Shown: piece after piece, positions 1 through 12,590 of the stretch
How positions within the stretch are numbered: position 1 is the stretch's first letter
Layout of the letters: each line of letters begins with the position of its first letter
From: Macrostomum lignano
Taxonomy: Eukaryota
Reading direction: 5' to 3'
Length of the DNA stretch: 64,000 nucleotides
NCBI GenBank assembly: GCA_002269645.1
Contig: NIVC01000031.1
Location: 62,001-126,000 of the forward strand
Program-made: the position numbers and the translations under genes
The notes under the pieces: generated by a model
Databases searched by the model: none
The model's input: the letters and a program-made list of their open reading frames with translations, nothing else
Told to the model about the DNA's origin: nothing

Positions 1-540
1 AAGAATGAATAAATGAAAATTAGATATGAATGAAATGAATGAGGTTAGGGATATATGGATAGAGAAATTAAATATACATAAAAGGTGATTAGATATAAAT
101 TAAGGGTATTAGATATGAAATAAATAAGATTAGATCTGGATGAAGTGAGATTAGTTATGGATGAAGTGAGATTTGATAGAGATGAAGGAGATTAGATATT
201 GGATAAATGAGTTTAGATACGGATGAAGTGAGATTAGATACAAATTCAGTGATATTAGATAAAGATTAAGGTGATTAGATGTGGGATAAATGGGATTAGA
301 TGTGGGATAAATGGGATTAGATATGGATGAAGTGAGATTAGATACAAATTCAGTGATATTAGATAGAGATTAAGGTGATTAGATATAGGATAAATGGGAT
401 TAGATATGGATTAAGTGAGATAAGTTATGGATTCACTAAGATTAGATATGAATATAATGAGATTAGATATGGATGGAGATTAGATATAGATGGAGATTAC
501 ATTTGAATGGCAGGGAGATTATATATAAATGAAGGGAGAC
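1..540. repeat. Degenerate GAGATTAGATAT-type tandem repeat (intron of the SLC6-like gene)
   Basis: Recurring gattagat/gagattagata units of roughly 20-25 bp up to the acceptor at 589-590. Confidence 0.8.
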
Positions 541-590
541 AGAAATCAATAGTGGATGATAAACCCACTGAGTTCCGATTACTCCTTCAG

Positions 591-3500
591 CCTGATGGCG
601 CAGACACAGCACGGGCCCACTCCAGAAGAAGGCTTCTACCTGTACTTCAACATGGACATCAGCAACAGCATCTCGGATATCTGGTTCCCGCGCTGGTTTC
701 TAATGGACGGATTGAATGTTGTGCCGCATCTGCTGAACTGGATATTCATATTTCTGGTTGTACTGTGGGGACCTCGCGTGCTGGGCATCCTACTGTACAT
801 CTTAGCCCCCCTGGCTCTGATTCTGTTCTTAATTCCATTCGGAGTTATCATTGGCAACGCGTCTCATCAGCAGTTGGACAAATACTGGCAAAGATTCTAT
901 AAGAATTTTGCATCGACCATACCGTTGAATCGATTGGCTTGGGATACCTACGACTTTAGCCCGCCTCTGTGGGGCTTGTTCTCTACCATTGTACAGCTGG
1001 CCAGCATGATGCATATCTGGCATGGAGTCTGGCCCTCCGTCGGGTCCTGGGTGCCCAGGGGACGTAAGACTATGCAGTTCAGCTTTCTGGGAGTACTGCT
1101 CATCTTCGGTCTGGTGGTGCAACTGCCTTCTCTGCTGGCTGTTGTGAGCTATGCTGCCGGTGAGTGCTCGGGGAGATTGCTGAGATTAGATGTCTGTAGA
1201 GATGGTGGCATTAGATGTCTGTAGAGATAGTGAGATTAGATGTCTGTAGAGATGGTGAGATTAGATGTCTGTAGAGATGGTGGCATTAGATGTCTGTAGA
1301 TATGGTGAGATTAGATGTCTGTAGAGATGGTGGCATTAGATGTCTGTAGATATGGTGAGATTAGATGTCTGTAGAGATGGTGGCATTAGATGTCTGTAGA
1401 TATGGTGAGATTAGATGTCTGTAGAGATAGTGAGATTAGGTGTCTGTAGAGATGGTGAGATTAGATGTCTGTAGAGATGGTGAGATTAGATGTCTGTAGA
1501 GATAGTGAGATTAGATGTGAGATTAGATAGTGAGATTAGATGTCTGTAGAGATAGTGAGATTAGATGTCTGTAGAGATGGTGGGATTAGATGTCTGTAGA
1601 GATAGTGAGATTAGATGTCTGTAGAGATAGTGAGATTAGATGTCTGTAGAGGGTAGAGATGGTGAGATTAGATGTCTAGAGATAGTGAGATTAGATGTCT
1701 GTAGAGATAGTGAGATTAGATGTCTGTAGAGATAGTGAGATTAGATGTGAGATTAGATAGTGAGATTAGATGTCTGTAGAGATAGTGAGATTAGATGTCT
1801 GTAGAGATGGTGAGATTAGATGTCTGTAGAGATGGTGGCATTAGATGTCTGTAGAGATAGTGAGATTAGATGTCTGTAGAGATGGTGAGATTAGATGTCT
1901 GTAGAGATAGTGAGATTAGATGTCTGTAGATATGGTGAGATTAGATGTCTGTAGAGATAGTGAGATTAGATGTCTGTAGAGATAGTGAGATTAGATGTGA
2001 GATTAGATGTCTGTAGAGATAGTGAGATTAGATGTCTGTAGAGATAGTGAGATTAGATGTCTGTAGAGATGGTGGCATTAGATGTCTGTAGAGATGGTGA
2101 GATTAGATGTCTGTAGAGATGGTGAAATTAGATGTCTGTAGAGAGAGAGATAGTGAGATTAGATGTCTGTAGAGTTGGTGAGATTAGATGTCTGTAGAGA
2201 TGGTGGCATTAGATGTCTGTAGAGATGGTAAGATTAGATGTCTGTAGAGATGGTGAGATTAGATGTCTGTAGAGATGTTGAGATTAGATGACTGTAGAGA
2301 TGGTGGGATTAGATATCTGTAGAGATGGTGAGATTAGATATCTGTAGAGATAATAAGATTATATCATTATAAGAGATAGGTCAGATTAGATACACACTGA
2401 ATTCATAAATCTCTCGATTGAGAGATTATAAGAATAGAAAGCAAACATAAAAAATGCACAAAAGCACGCATAAAGAATCTATGAATACAAGATCGTACTC
2501 CCCAATCCGCAGCCTACGACCTGGACTACCTGCGCTGTCACGTGACCTATGGCTTTGCCCAGCCCTTCACCCTGATTCCGCACATGCTGTCCCGGCTGGC
2601 TCTGAACCGGGCTGTTGGTGTCTGCTTCTTTTTAAGCCTCTATCTGTTCCTGCTGCTGGCGCAGTCACTGCTGTTCGTGGCCTCTGCGGATACCATTGTA
2701 GACTATATGCGGTCCAGGTATCGGTCGGTTGAGCAGAGAAAAGTTCGAACCTACCGACTCATGACCGGACTCACCTGTCCTGTTCTGTTTGCTTTGAGTT
2801 TTCCGTTTATAATTAAATCTGGATTCTGGTGGCTGCGGCTGATGGACGTCTTTATGGACAGGTTCATGCTGCTGATTGCGGCTGGCGCTGGGGTGGCCTT
2901 CTTTATGGCCTACTATCGGACTAAGGCGGCTTCTCTGGTGCCCAGACTCCTGTGCCTCATCTCGTTAGGCCTCTCCGTGGTACTGTTTGTGGCTATCTAT
3001 TGCTGGTAAGACTTCCCTCCTGCTAGTGAAATAAAGCCGATATGTATCGAAAACTAATTAAAGCTGGAGAAAAAAAGCCGATATGTATAGAAATAATTCT
3101 ACTCTAATCCTACTCTACTCTAATTTAAAAAATACAGTATAATTTAGGAAATCCCAGTCTAATTTAGGAAATCCCAGTCTAATTTGGTAAATCCCAGTCT
3201 AATTTAGGAAATCCCAGTCTAATTTAGGAAATCCCAGTCTAATTTAGGAAATCCCAGTCTAATTTAGGAAATCCCAGTCTAATTTAGGAAATCCCAGCCT
3301 AATTTAGGAAATCCCAGCCTAATTTAGGAAATCCCAGCCTAATTTAGGAAATCCCAGCCTAATTTAGGAAATCCCAGCCTAATTTAGGAAATCCCAGCCT
3401 AATTTAGGAAATCCCAGCCTAATTTGGGAAATCCCAGTCTAATTTAGGAAATCCCAGTCTAATTTAAGAAAATACAGTCTAATTTAGAAAATCCTAGTCT

Positions 3501-4365
3501 AATTTAGAAAATCCTAGTCTAATTTCAAAAATCCTAGTCTTATTTTGGAAATCCCAGTCTAATTTGGGAAATCCTAGTCTTATTTAGGAAATCCCAGTCT
3601 AATTTAGGAAATCCCAGTCTAATTTAGGAAATCCCAGTCTAATTTAGGAAATCCCAGTCTAATTTAGGAAATCCCAGTCTAATTTAGGAAATCCCAGTCT
3701 AATTTAGGAAATCCCAGTCTAATTTAGGAAATCCCAGTCTAATTTAGGAAATCCCAGTCTAATTTAGGAAATCCCAGTCTAATTTAGGAAATCCCAGTCT
3801 AATTTAGGAAATCCCAGTCTAATTTAGGAAATCCCAGTCTAATTTAGGAAATCCTAGTCTTATTTAGGAAATCCCAGCCTAATTTAGGAAATCCCAGCCT
3901 AATTTAGGAAATTGACTTAGCCAGTGACGCCTGCAATGATTTCACTAATCCATTCCTAGGTACTGCGCCTCCATCAATAATCCCCCGTCGATATCCGGCT
4001 GTCACTACGAGACGCCCGAACGTAGCGTCACTCCAATTCCAACTGCCTTCAACGCTATTGGCTGGCTAGTTGCTATCGGGCCTCCAGCTCTCGGGTTCTT
4101 TGTCGGCCTGCTTGTCATGCTATGCAGTGGCGAAAGCTCCAGCGGCAGTAGGTGTCAACGCTTGTTTTACGGCGATTTCCTGCCGGAAGAAGACCAGCTG
4201 GCAGAGCAGAGGAAGCGCCAGCAGCAGCAGTTGAGCAGCACCGGGACAGGGTTTCAGTTCCAGCAGCAGCAGTACCAGCACCCGGCCCAGCACAGCTATC
4301 AGATGCAAAGCAGGTCCAACACTGCCACGCTGCAGTCCAGACCAATGTACGGCTCTGAGATTTGA
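591..4365 (+). CDS. Divergent SLC6 / sodium:neurotransmitter-symporter-like membrane protein (5'-partial; exons 591-1159, 2513-3005, 3960-4365)
   Basis: All junctions are GT-AG and phases join (1, then 2). The hydrophobic pattern follows the SLC6 TM4-TM12 order: HLLNWIFIFLVVLWGPRVLGILLY, CFFLSLYLFLLL, SFPFIIKSGFWWLRLMDVF (cf. LPLVTQGGMYVFQLFDYY), AFNAIGWLVAIG (cf. TM12 AIGWLL). Q-rich tail, stop at 4363-4365. Family call is by motif resemblance only. Confidence 0.72.
1187..2370. repeat. Intronic minisatellite, ~25-bp unit GAGATTAGATGTCTGTAGAGATGGT
   Basis: Dozens of near-identical units filling most of intron 1160-2512. Confidence 0.95.
3139..3912. repeat. Intronic minisatellite, 20-bp unit AATTTAGGAAATCCCAGTCT
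   Basis: Near-perfect 20-bp periodicity filling most of intron 3006-3959. Confidence 0.95.
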
Positions 4366-4419
4366 TTGATTTATTATGCTCTATTGCTGGATTTTCATTT
4401 GTAAGATATACCTTTTGTC

Positions 4420-5030
4420 TGTAGATTTGTAGATCAGTGCTTATAGATCATGGTTTGTAGATGTGTCTATAGGTTTAACGGTTTGTAGATCAGTGTCTAT
4501 AGACTCAATGGTTTGTAGATCAGTGTCTCTATAGACTCAATGGTTTGTAGATCAGTGTCTATAGACTCAATGGTTTGTAGATGTGTCTATAGGTTTAACG
4601 GTTTGTAGATCAGTGTCTATAGATTCATTGTTTTGTAGATCAGTGTCTATAGATCATGGTTTGTAGATTTGTCTATAGGTTTAACGGTTTGTAGATCAGT
4701 GTTTATTGATTCGATGGTTTGTAGATCAGTGTCTATAGGTTTAACGGTTTGTAGATCAGTGTCTATAGACTCAATGGTTTGTAGATCAGTGTTTATAGAC
4801 TCAATGGTTTGTAGATGTGTCTATAGGTTTAACGGTTTGTAGATCAGTGTCTATAGATTCAATGGTTTGTAGATCAGTGTTTATAGACTCAATGGTTTGT
4901 AGATGTGTCTATAGGTTTAACGGTTTGTAGATCAGTGTCTATAGACTCAATGGTTTGTAGATCAGTGTCTATAGATTCAATGTTTGTAGAGCAGTGTCTA
5001 TAGATTCGATGGTTTGTTGATCATTATCTA
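4420..5030. repeat. Minisatellite, ~28-30-bp unit GGTTTGTAGATCAGTGTCTATAGACTCAAT
   Basis: Tandem units just downstream of the SLC6-like stop codon. Confidence 0.9.
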
Positions 5031-6037
5031 TATTAGACACAAATTTAGAAGTCTTAAAACTAATAATTACAACTCACAGAAATTTTGCATAAACGCTTTG
5101 CTAATAATGAGCTAAAGTACCTATAAGAATGAATTGTATCTAAGCGCTAAAAGTTTTATGTTTGAATGTACAATTGTACCATAATTACTCTATTAATGTG
5201 CTATTAATATTTTGATTTCTTTAATGATTAATAGTAAATTACTTAACATTCCCATTTTGTTATAACAGTTGTTACATTCCAGAGTTAAGAATTTTTCGTA
5301 ATTGGTTTTTATAAATAGTTGTATATTTACAATTTTAATGTACTTGTTATGCATTAAATCGGGTTTTTGTTTCAATATTTAGCAAGAGCATTCCAAAATC
5401 TGTCGAGGTTTTTAGCTACTTATAGTAGTACATTTTCTTGGTGTAAATCTATGTTTTAAGATTGTTGAAGACTTTTTAAATACATATAAATGTACATTTA
5501 ATCAGGTACATAAACATTGTTCTTGTTTTTTATTGTGTTTAATACTTTCTCTTTACAGTTTATTAGCATTTTATAGTTTTGATCATTTCAGCGGCAGATC
5601 TAAAAAAACTTCTAAAAATTCTTGCAATGGTCTATATTTATATGCTAATGATTATCAAATCGTTTTTTCCTTGTTCTAAAAAAAAAGTTGTAAAAACCTC
5701 TATTCCCATCTGTTATTAAGTAGAACTCTGTGCACTTGGCTATTGAAATCAGGATTGTTTGCTGACAACTTTTGAAATTATTAATTTATACTCAGTCTAA
5801 TATGCTTTGCTTGTGGTGTAACTATGAACTCTACGATGTTTAGTGCTGACCATTTTCAAGTAAGAATACACGGTTTTTACCAAGTACTTTGTACAAATAA
5901 TACACATGCTATATTAGCTCCTATGCGCGTTTGAGTAAAACATTGTAAATCATTCCTAATGTGTTTCATGGTTTGTTTAATTTTCTGGCTTTCTGTCTGT
6001 CTGTATCTGTCTGTTGTCTATGTGTCAACCAGTCAGT

Positions 6038-6289
6038 CAGCCGCAGCTATTGCGCGGCGCATCTGAAGGCTGCGTACGGCTGTTCAGTCCAAGGTCTGGG
6101 GGGTCGCCACACACAGCCTCAATTACCCCAGCTAATGCTGGCACCCATTTTACAGCTGGGTGAACTGAAGCAATGCAGAGTTAAGTGTCTTGCTTAAAGG
6201 ACACAAATTGTTCCAAGTGATGGATCGGGAATCGAACCCCCGATCTTTCAGTGGTGAGTTGAACGCTCCAACCACTGGGCTACAACCCC
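6038..6289 (-). mobile_element. tRNA-derived CORE-like SINE, copy 1
   Basis: The minus strand starts GGGGTTGTAGCCCAGTGG (A box) ... GGTTCGATTCCC (B box). It continues with AGCAAGACACTTAACTCTGCATTGCTTCAGTTCACCCAGCTGTAAAATGGG, resembling the MIR CORE domain. Four more copies lie in the window. Confidence 0.88.
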
Positions 6290-6724
6290 TTCTATTTAAT
6301 CTATCTTTCGGTTCAATACAAATGAGAAGCGAGCAGTATTTCACATAACGAAAGAACAAAAAGGTTTCGTTTAACTCAAAAAAATAGTTTGGATGCCCGT
6401 ATATATTTCTGAATAAAATAAGACAGACAACAACATGCACAGACAGCTGATCAACTCAGGTTCGCATAGATTGTTTTTTACTAAATGACTAGTTTGAAAT
6501 GACATTTGAATGTCAAATAAAAACATACTTCGTATACAGTTTTTCAGTGAAAGAAATCTATGCATATAAACTTCTATACGAAAATAAAACAATTTAATTT
6601 TCTGGAATAATTTTTGTATAGACAAAAAAACCTGATATTTTTATAAGTTCGTTGTATCATTCGTACATATAGATGTATGGTTAATTTAATTTTGTCAATA
6701 TTGTGTTATTTTTATTGTATGTAA

Positions 6725-7075
6725 AAAACTATGTGATGTGAGGGCGCTGAGGTTATCTTAGGGCACTGAGAGAACTATGTGATGTGAGGGCGCTGAGGTT
6801 ATCTTAGGGCACTGAGAGAGGTTATTTTAGGGCACTGAGGGAGGATATTTTAGGGCACTGAGGGAGGTTATTTTAAAGCACTGAGGGAGATATTTTAGGG
6901 CACTAAGGGAGGATATTTTAGAGCACTGAGGGAGGATATTTTAGGGCACTGATGGAAGTGATATCAGCGCACTGATGGAGTTGATATCAGAGCACTGATG
7001 GAGGTGATTTTAGGTCACTGAAAGAGGTGACGGGAGGGCACTACTAAGGTGATGCGAGGGCACTGAGGGGAGGTT
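6725..7075. repeat. Degenerate GGGCACTGAGGGAGG tandem repeat
   Basis: Repeated ggcactgag units immediately downstream of the minus-strand orphan gene stop. Confidence 0.75.
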
Positions 7076-7095
7076 AACTGAACTCAATTAATCGA

Positions 7096-9055
7096 TCAAT
7101 AAGGCAGCTCTTCAGTTGCCAAATCTTTAAACTCTTTCCAACTGTGCTCCAAATGAAATGACCAACGTCTGACGTGAACCGATGTGGCCTCCACAGCTCT
7201 GCTAATCATGTTCACGTAGAGTTCCAGGTAGTTTTTAGCCGGTTCCACACTGATGCTGTGCTTCAGACCGATCAGGGCTGACCGAGTAGCCAGTCGAACT
7301 GCGAGCAGCTGCTGACGGTGCTGCTTCTGGCGCCAGGTGAGTCCGCCAGTCACTGCCAGCAGGCGTCTTCGTTGGAGTGACTGCGAGTCGAACGACTGAA
7401 ACTCGTCGATATTGTTGGCATTGGAGAAGTTGGGGACAACTGGGTCGGAGAAGTCTAGTGGTTGCCAGTTGTTGAGGTAGGGTCTGTACAGCTGGGACGG
7501 CTCAATCAGCGCTGGCACTGGATCTGGTAATGAGACAGAGTGAGCTTGATTATCTCTAGGGGGTTTAAAACTGCCGTGAGCTGCTTCTACTCAAACAATC
7601 GAATCTTTAGTAAAAAGAATATAGGCTCAGCCCAGTGACACCCGCTAGGGAACTAACTATTGCCGACTCTTTTTTATAAAAGCAGGGTTTTTTATAACAA
7701 ATTGAAAACTTTACACAGGAACAGAAGATACCCTCCAGCCAACAGGACATGCACCCTCTTCAAACTCAAAGGACATTCTCTTTATAACCGACAAGACACC
7801 CTCTTTAACCGACAAGACACCCTCTTCAACCGACAAGATACCCTCTTCTACCGACAAGACACCCCCTCTTCAACCGACAAGACACCCTCTTCAACCGACA
7901 AGACACCCTCTTCATCGGACAAGACACTCTCTTCAACCGACAAGACACCCTCATCAACCGACAAGACACCCTCTTCATCGGACAAGACACCCCCTCTTCA
8001 ACCGACAAGACACCCTCTTCAACCGACAAGACACCCTCTTCATCGGACAAGACACTCTCTTCAACCGACAAGACACCCTCTTCTACCGACAAGACACCCT
8101 CTTCAAACTCAAAGGATACCCTCTTCAAACTCAAAGGATACCCTCTTCAAACTCAAAGGATACCCTCTTCAAACTCAAAGGATACCCTCTTCAAACTCAA
8201 AGGACACCCTCTTCAAACTCAAAGGATACCCTCTTCAAACTCAAAGGATACCCTCTTCAAACTCAAAGGACACCCTCTTCAAACTCAAAGGATACCCTCT
8301 TCAAACTTAAACGACACCCTCTTCAAACTCAAAGAACACTGCACAATTAACAGAAAACGCATACCTGAATCACACAAGCAGCCATTTGGTCTATTGTTGA
8401 AGATTCTGTCAAAGCAGCATCCCGCATCAACTCCAGAACGGTCCCAACCGTTTCCGCAGTCGCGGGCGCTGTCAATTTTGTTCAGCAAAATTTCAGCACG
8501 CAGAATTTCCGGATTTATTTCGGCATCCAACGGAAACGCTTGCTCGTTGCCGTAGATGGGTTTTGACAGGCACTGTTGTCCAGGATCTTCTGCCAGACGA
8601 ATTTTGCGCAATTGTCTATCGCTGATCTCAACAAGTTGTAGATCGGTTACTTTGACACTCGCCGAGAATTTCTCGATGCAGTCTGGCCAATCAAAATCCC
8701 CGAGCTTGCCAATCGGGCTTAAACAACTGGTGAGTTCGGGCATGAACGGTTGCAAATAACTGCTGATTATAGACATGGTCCGTCGCACATTTTCGTGACC
8801 ATCTTTAGCAGAGTCAGAAGCTTTAGAGATTTTCTCCAACAGATACGACTGTTGCGCATCTGTCATGCCTTGAAAGCTTGAACAATTTGCCATTAACAAT
8901 TTTTCAATATCTACGCAAGGTGTGTGGTACACGTGCATCTGGTAGGTGAACACTAAGCCAAGAGGTTCAAACTGATGACGGACAGTGTCCAAGTCGCTGG
9001 GAGTCATCTCCGGTAGAAAATATCCATCAGTTGGGCTTGTAACAGGCGAATCCAT
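7096..9055 (-). CDS. Hypothetical protein, two coding exons (9055-8365, 7523-7096), no recognised family
   Basis: Both exons are long open frames with normal amino-acid composition. Donor TCAG|GTATGC at 8364 and acceptor TTACCAG|AT at 7524 join in phase 1 (CLCDS-D-PVPALIEP). The first in-frame ATG (MDSPVTSP) is at 9055; the track ORF starts earlier on a GTG. Confidence 0.7.
7722..8338. repeat. Two abutting intronic minisatellites (21-bp CAACCGACAAGACACCCTCTT and 22-bp AAACTCAAAGGATACCCTCTTC)
   Basis: Direct periodicity; both units share ACCCTCTTC; they fill intron 7524-8364. Confidence 0.9.
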
Positions 9056-12000
9056 TGCCGACGTGGTAGTTGAGCCAACGGTGGTGTCCTTGAAGTCTTC
9101 TGTCTTGATTGAGCTGCGATCGTATATAAGCACGCACTTACGACGTTTGCGTGCCACGCCTCATATAGCCTGCAGTTTCCGTTATTCGTCAGCTAGCTGT
9201 CAACCCAGCTTCCTCGTTTCATATTCGATCGGATTGATTTGAGGAAATTCTATTCAGATGAAACGTCAAGATCTTGATGATGACTGTATAGTTCCTTTAA
9301 ACGTTTATGCCAGTTAAATCTTGTGCTGAAGTACGCCAGTACTTACACGTCATGCAGGATCTTCCTTATCCAGAATCTGTACAGAGAATTCGGTTCCAGG
9401 ATCCGCCTATAGCTACTTCTATGCTTCAGTTCACTCCGTCCGGGGCTTGCAGTGCACACCCAGAATGCGGCGGCCAGTAAGTGCACCGCGTGGCTGTTTA
9501 GGATGCAAGAACTGGCTGGTTATAGCTGTGTACGTATGTAGCTGGCCATAGAGCGGCTCTGTAATTTTCTCCCTGGACCGTGCACTGAAGTATGAAAGGG
9601 GAGAGAGGTTTCGACAGTGTACATGTACGAGTATACGTACTTTGTGGGTTTGGAGAGAAGAGAATATTAGTGAGAGAGAAAAGCGCGAGTAAGATTAGTC
9701 AGAGTTGCACTTGGCTGAGAAATTGTGAGAACTTATACTGTCCAACTGTATGTATACAACTGTAGGCCTTATAGAGAGAGTACATGTACACTTGAGCACT
9801 GAATCTTTCACGAGCCTACGCGCTCGTATTATAGTTTTGTGAGAGTGAGACTCAAGAGTTACTACTGGCTACTATACTACTACTTCTACTTCCGGATACC
9901 CCATAACGCGCTGGCCTAGCAGCTGTGGGGGGGGGGAAGGAGGACGTCGCGGAGGCGCCCGAACCTGCGCGCAGAAGCGCGAAGGAATGTAATTGTCCTC
10001 ACAAATACGCGGTTTGTACACACGTCATCCAAAACTATAGCTTTTCAAAACTAGCTTCCGTTATCCAAATCTATATATTATGCTTATAGTGTGCCTTCCA
10101 TGGTCAACAATCAAGCAGCAATTTGCTCTCAGCAACAGCAGATGGCCAACAAGATGCTCCAGCATTTACATGTACACTGTAACCACAGAGAAAACAATAA
10201 TAGAGTCCCGATGAATAAAACCGCGGACAAGCTAGGCTTTTCAGTGAGATAATGTAACAGAGTGATACGCTACTAAACTTAGCCGGCTTATCTGATGATA
10301 TTTAATTGCCACGACTTACTGAGTGAGATTCACCCTGAACATGCGGATCAGGTACATTTACGTAAAGGTACAAGAAGTATATATACTTAAGAAAATTATT
10401 TACGGTGAATTAAAAGTATAATTAATTGTATATACATGTAGCGCAAAAAACTCATTCAGGCATTATACATGTACTCTCGTAATTAGCTTTATGCTGCGCG
10501 ACCTTAAAATCATAAATCAATTATTTGACTCAACCAAATCTTTGCATGCAGTACATGCATGTAGATCAAAAACTGAGCGAACCTCATCAGTGACGGATTT
10601 AGAGGGGGCGGCTGTTCTCCCTTGTGGCTGGCGATGATGGCTCCCCTTTTCCTTTGCCCTATAAGGTCCTCCTCAATTGCAGCATGCCCATAGTTTGCTC
10701 AGTGGCTCCCTCTATATGGTATGGCGCCCCTGGCCCTCATAGTGTATATTATGGAGCTCCCATTCATGGTTAAAATCCGCCCCCATTTTTTATTTCTAAA
10801 CCCGACTCTGAACCTCTCACCCCCTTCCACCGTTGAAGTATCTGTGATTGAGTTATGGCATATGTAGTCCGTATCTGACATGCGTATGACTGGTAAAATA
10901 TTCTTTTGACAAGTGCAATAAATTTAGCACAATTTTTTGTACTGAATAACGTACAATTTCTGCCAAAAGTCTTTCTTAATACTTTAAGCTACTTTGTTTG
11001 TTTTAATAGTTTCTAGCGTTGGTTGATTCCTAGGCGAATTTAACTTCGTCAAGGTTATTTAATTAAATTTATTTGTGTGTCAGTATCAAGCATTGTCGGT
11101 TAATATTTATGTATAAGTTACTATTAATAAATCTACTTAAAGTATACTTAAAGTTACCGTTTATTAAATATGTCTGCAGAATCAAACATTTAAAGAATAT
11201 TTATATTTTCGTTTATCTTTGGTCTACTGGAGTGTTGAATTAAAAATAACAAAAGAAAACTGGAAAATAGTGAATCGAATTGGTTATATACATCAGGATT
11301 ATAATTTAGGATATAAATGTAGATATATAACTGTGGTAAAGTTGCTCGCTTAATCAATATCTATATCTATTAATAAGCTTTGATTCTATATATATAAATT
11401 AATATAATAAGTATATAGAAATAAATACATGTTTTTCAGGAATATTTTTCGGATTTTGCTCCAAATTTATTGGTTGCGTTGCTTATGGTGCTCTGCTAAT
11501 ATACAAGTTATAGTCATACTTTATTTTATATTAAATGATTTTGACAAACATATCAACTTTCACAGTTAAAATGCAGTACAATTAAGCTTTGTTTCCTTCG
11601 ATAAATTTGTAATCTTGAGAAAGTTCTTTTGAATACGCTCATACTAATTTGCTTCATTTTTCTAAACTAACTATTTATATGATATAAAAACACAAAAAAT
11701 AATTAGAACTGTTTAGTATTAGCACTTTCACTAAAACTATGAGTGACATCTTATTGTTCTGCTTTATTTGGTTGAAAAGTGGCATATATTTTATCAGACT
11801 TAGATCTTATTGCAATGATATCAATCTTCTAACTGTATATTCATACTTTGATAAATACATGTAGTTCTGCAAGTACACATAGTAAAAATAGGCACTAGTT
11901 TTTGTTTTTATAGAAAATGCGAAAATTCACAAAAGTAAGAATTAAATGTACTCGTAATAGTTATGTACACAGTACAAGGTTACTTTTAACTAGTTAGAGA

Positions 12001-12590
12001 TAGCGTGATAGCCTAAATTTTGCTATAATTAACGATTTGAGTAAGCTAGGCACCTATGACCTTGCAATATTGCTAATAGTAGTTTAGTTTGAGTTTTAAT
12101 CATTTTATAGTGGCTTAATAAGTATTAGCGTTACCGTTGTGAATTATTTTTTTCTTTAAATTTAACTTTAAATCATGACGCAGTTTTAGATATCAACTAG
12201 AAAGCCTTAACACTTCATGGGTCAAAATTCCGTTTCCAATCTTTCTAAAAAGCATTTTATTTCAAAATAAAAATAATATGATAAAATTCTTACCGCTTAA
12301 TCCATCGTAGGCTATTACAGATGTAAACAAATTATTGAATGCGTTTATTATGCCAGCCGTTTGTTATTCTTGACCAAACTGACTGAGCTGGTACAAAAAG
12401 AAAATAACAAGCCTACGGCTTCTTTAGGAATTTTGCCACGCGAAGTAAATTCCCGCTTCTTCGTTCCCCCGTACCTAAATACTTCTCCCTCTCTTCCTCT
12501 CTTTCCTCTCTTGTGCATTCTAAACAGTTTTTTATAGGAAAGCATGATCATTCAATGCAGTAGTCGGTTTAGCTTGCAGTTGCCCTTGCG

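Noticed and set aside
5961-6197. Recurrent peptide YCAAHLxAAYGCSVQGLGGRHTQPQLPQLMLAPILQL (also ORFs at 14253 and 45963)
   Set aside because: Antisense translation of the SINE; it is repeated because the element is repeated.
10587-10775. Possible hAT MITE (CAGTGACGGATTT ... AAATCCGCCCCCA)
   Set aside because: The right TIR is incomplete and no TSD was found; too degraded to call.
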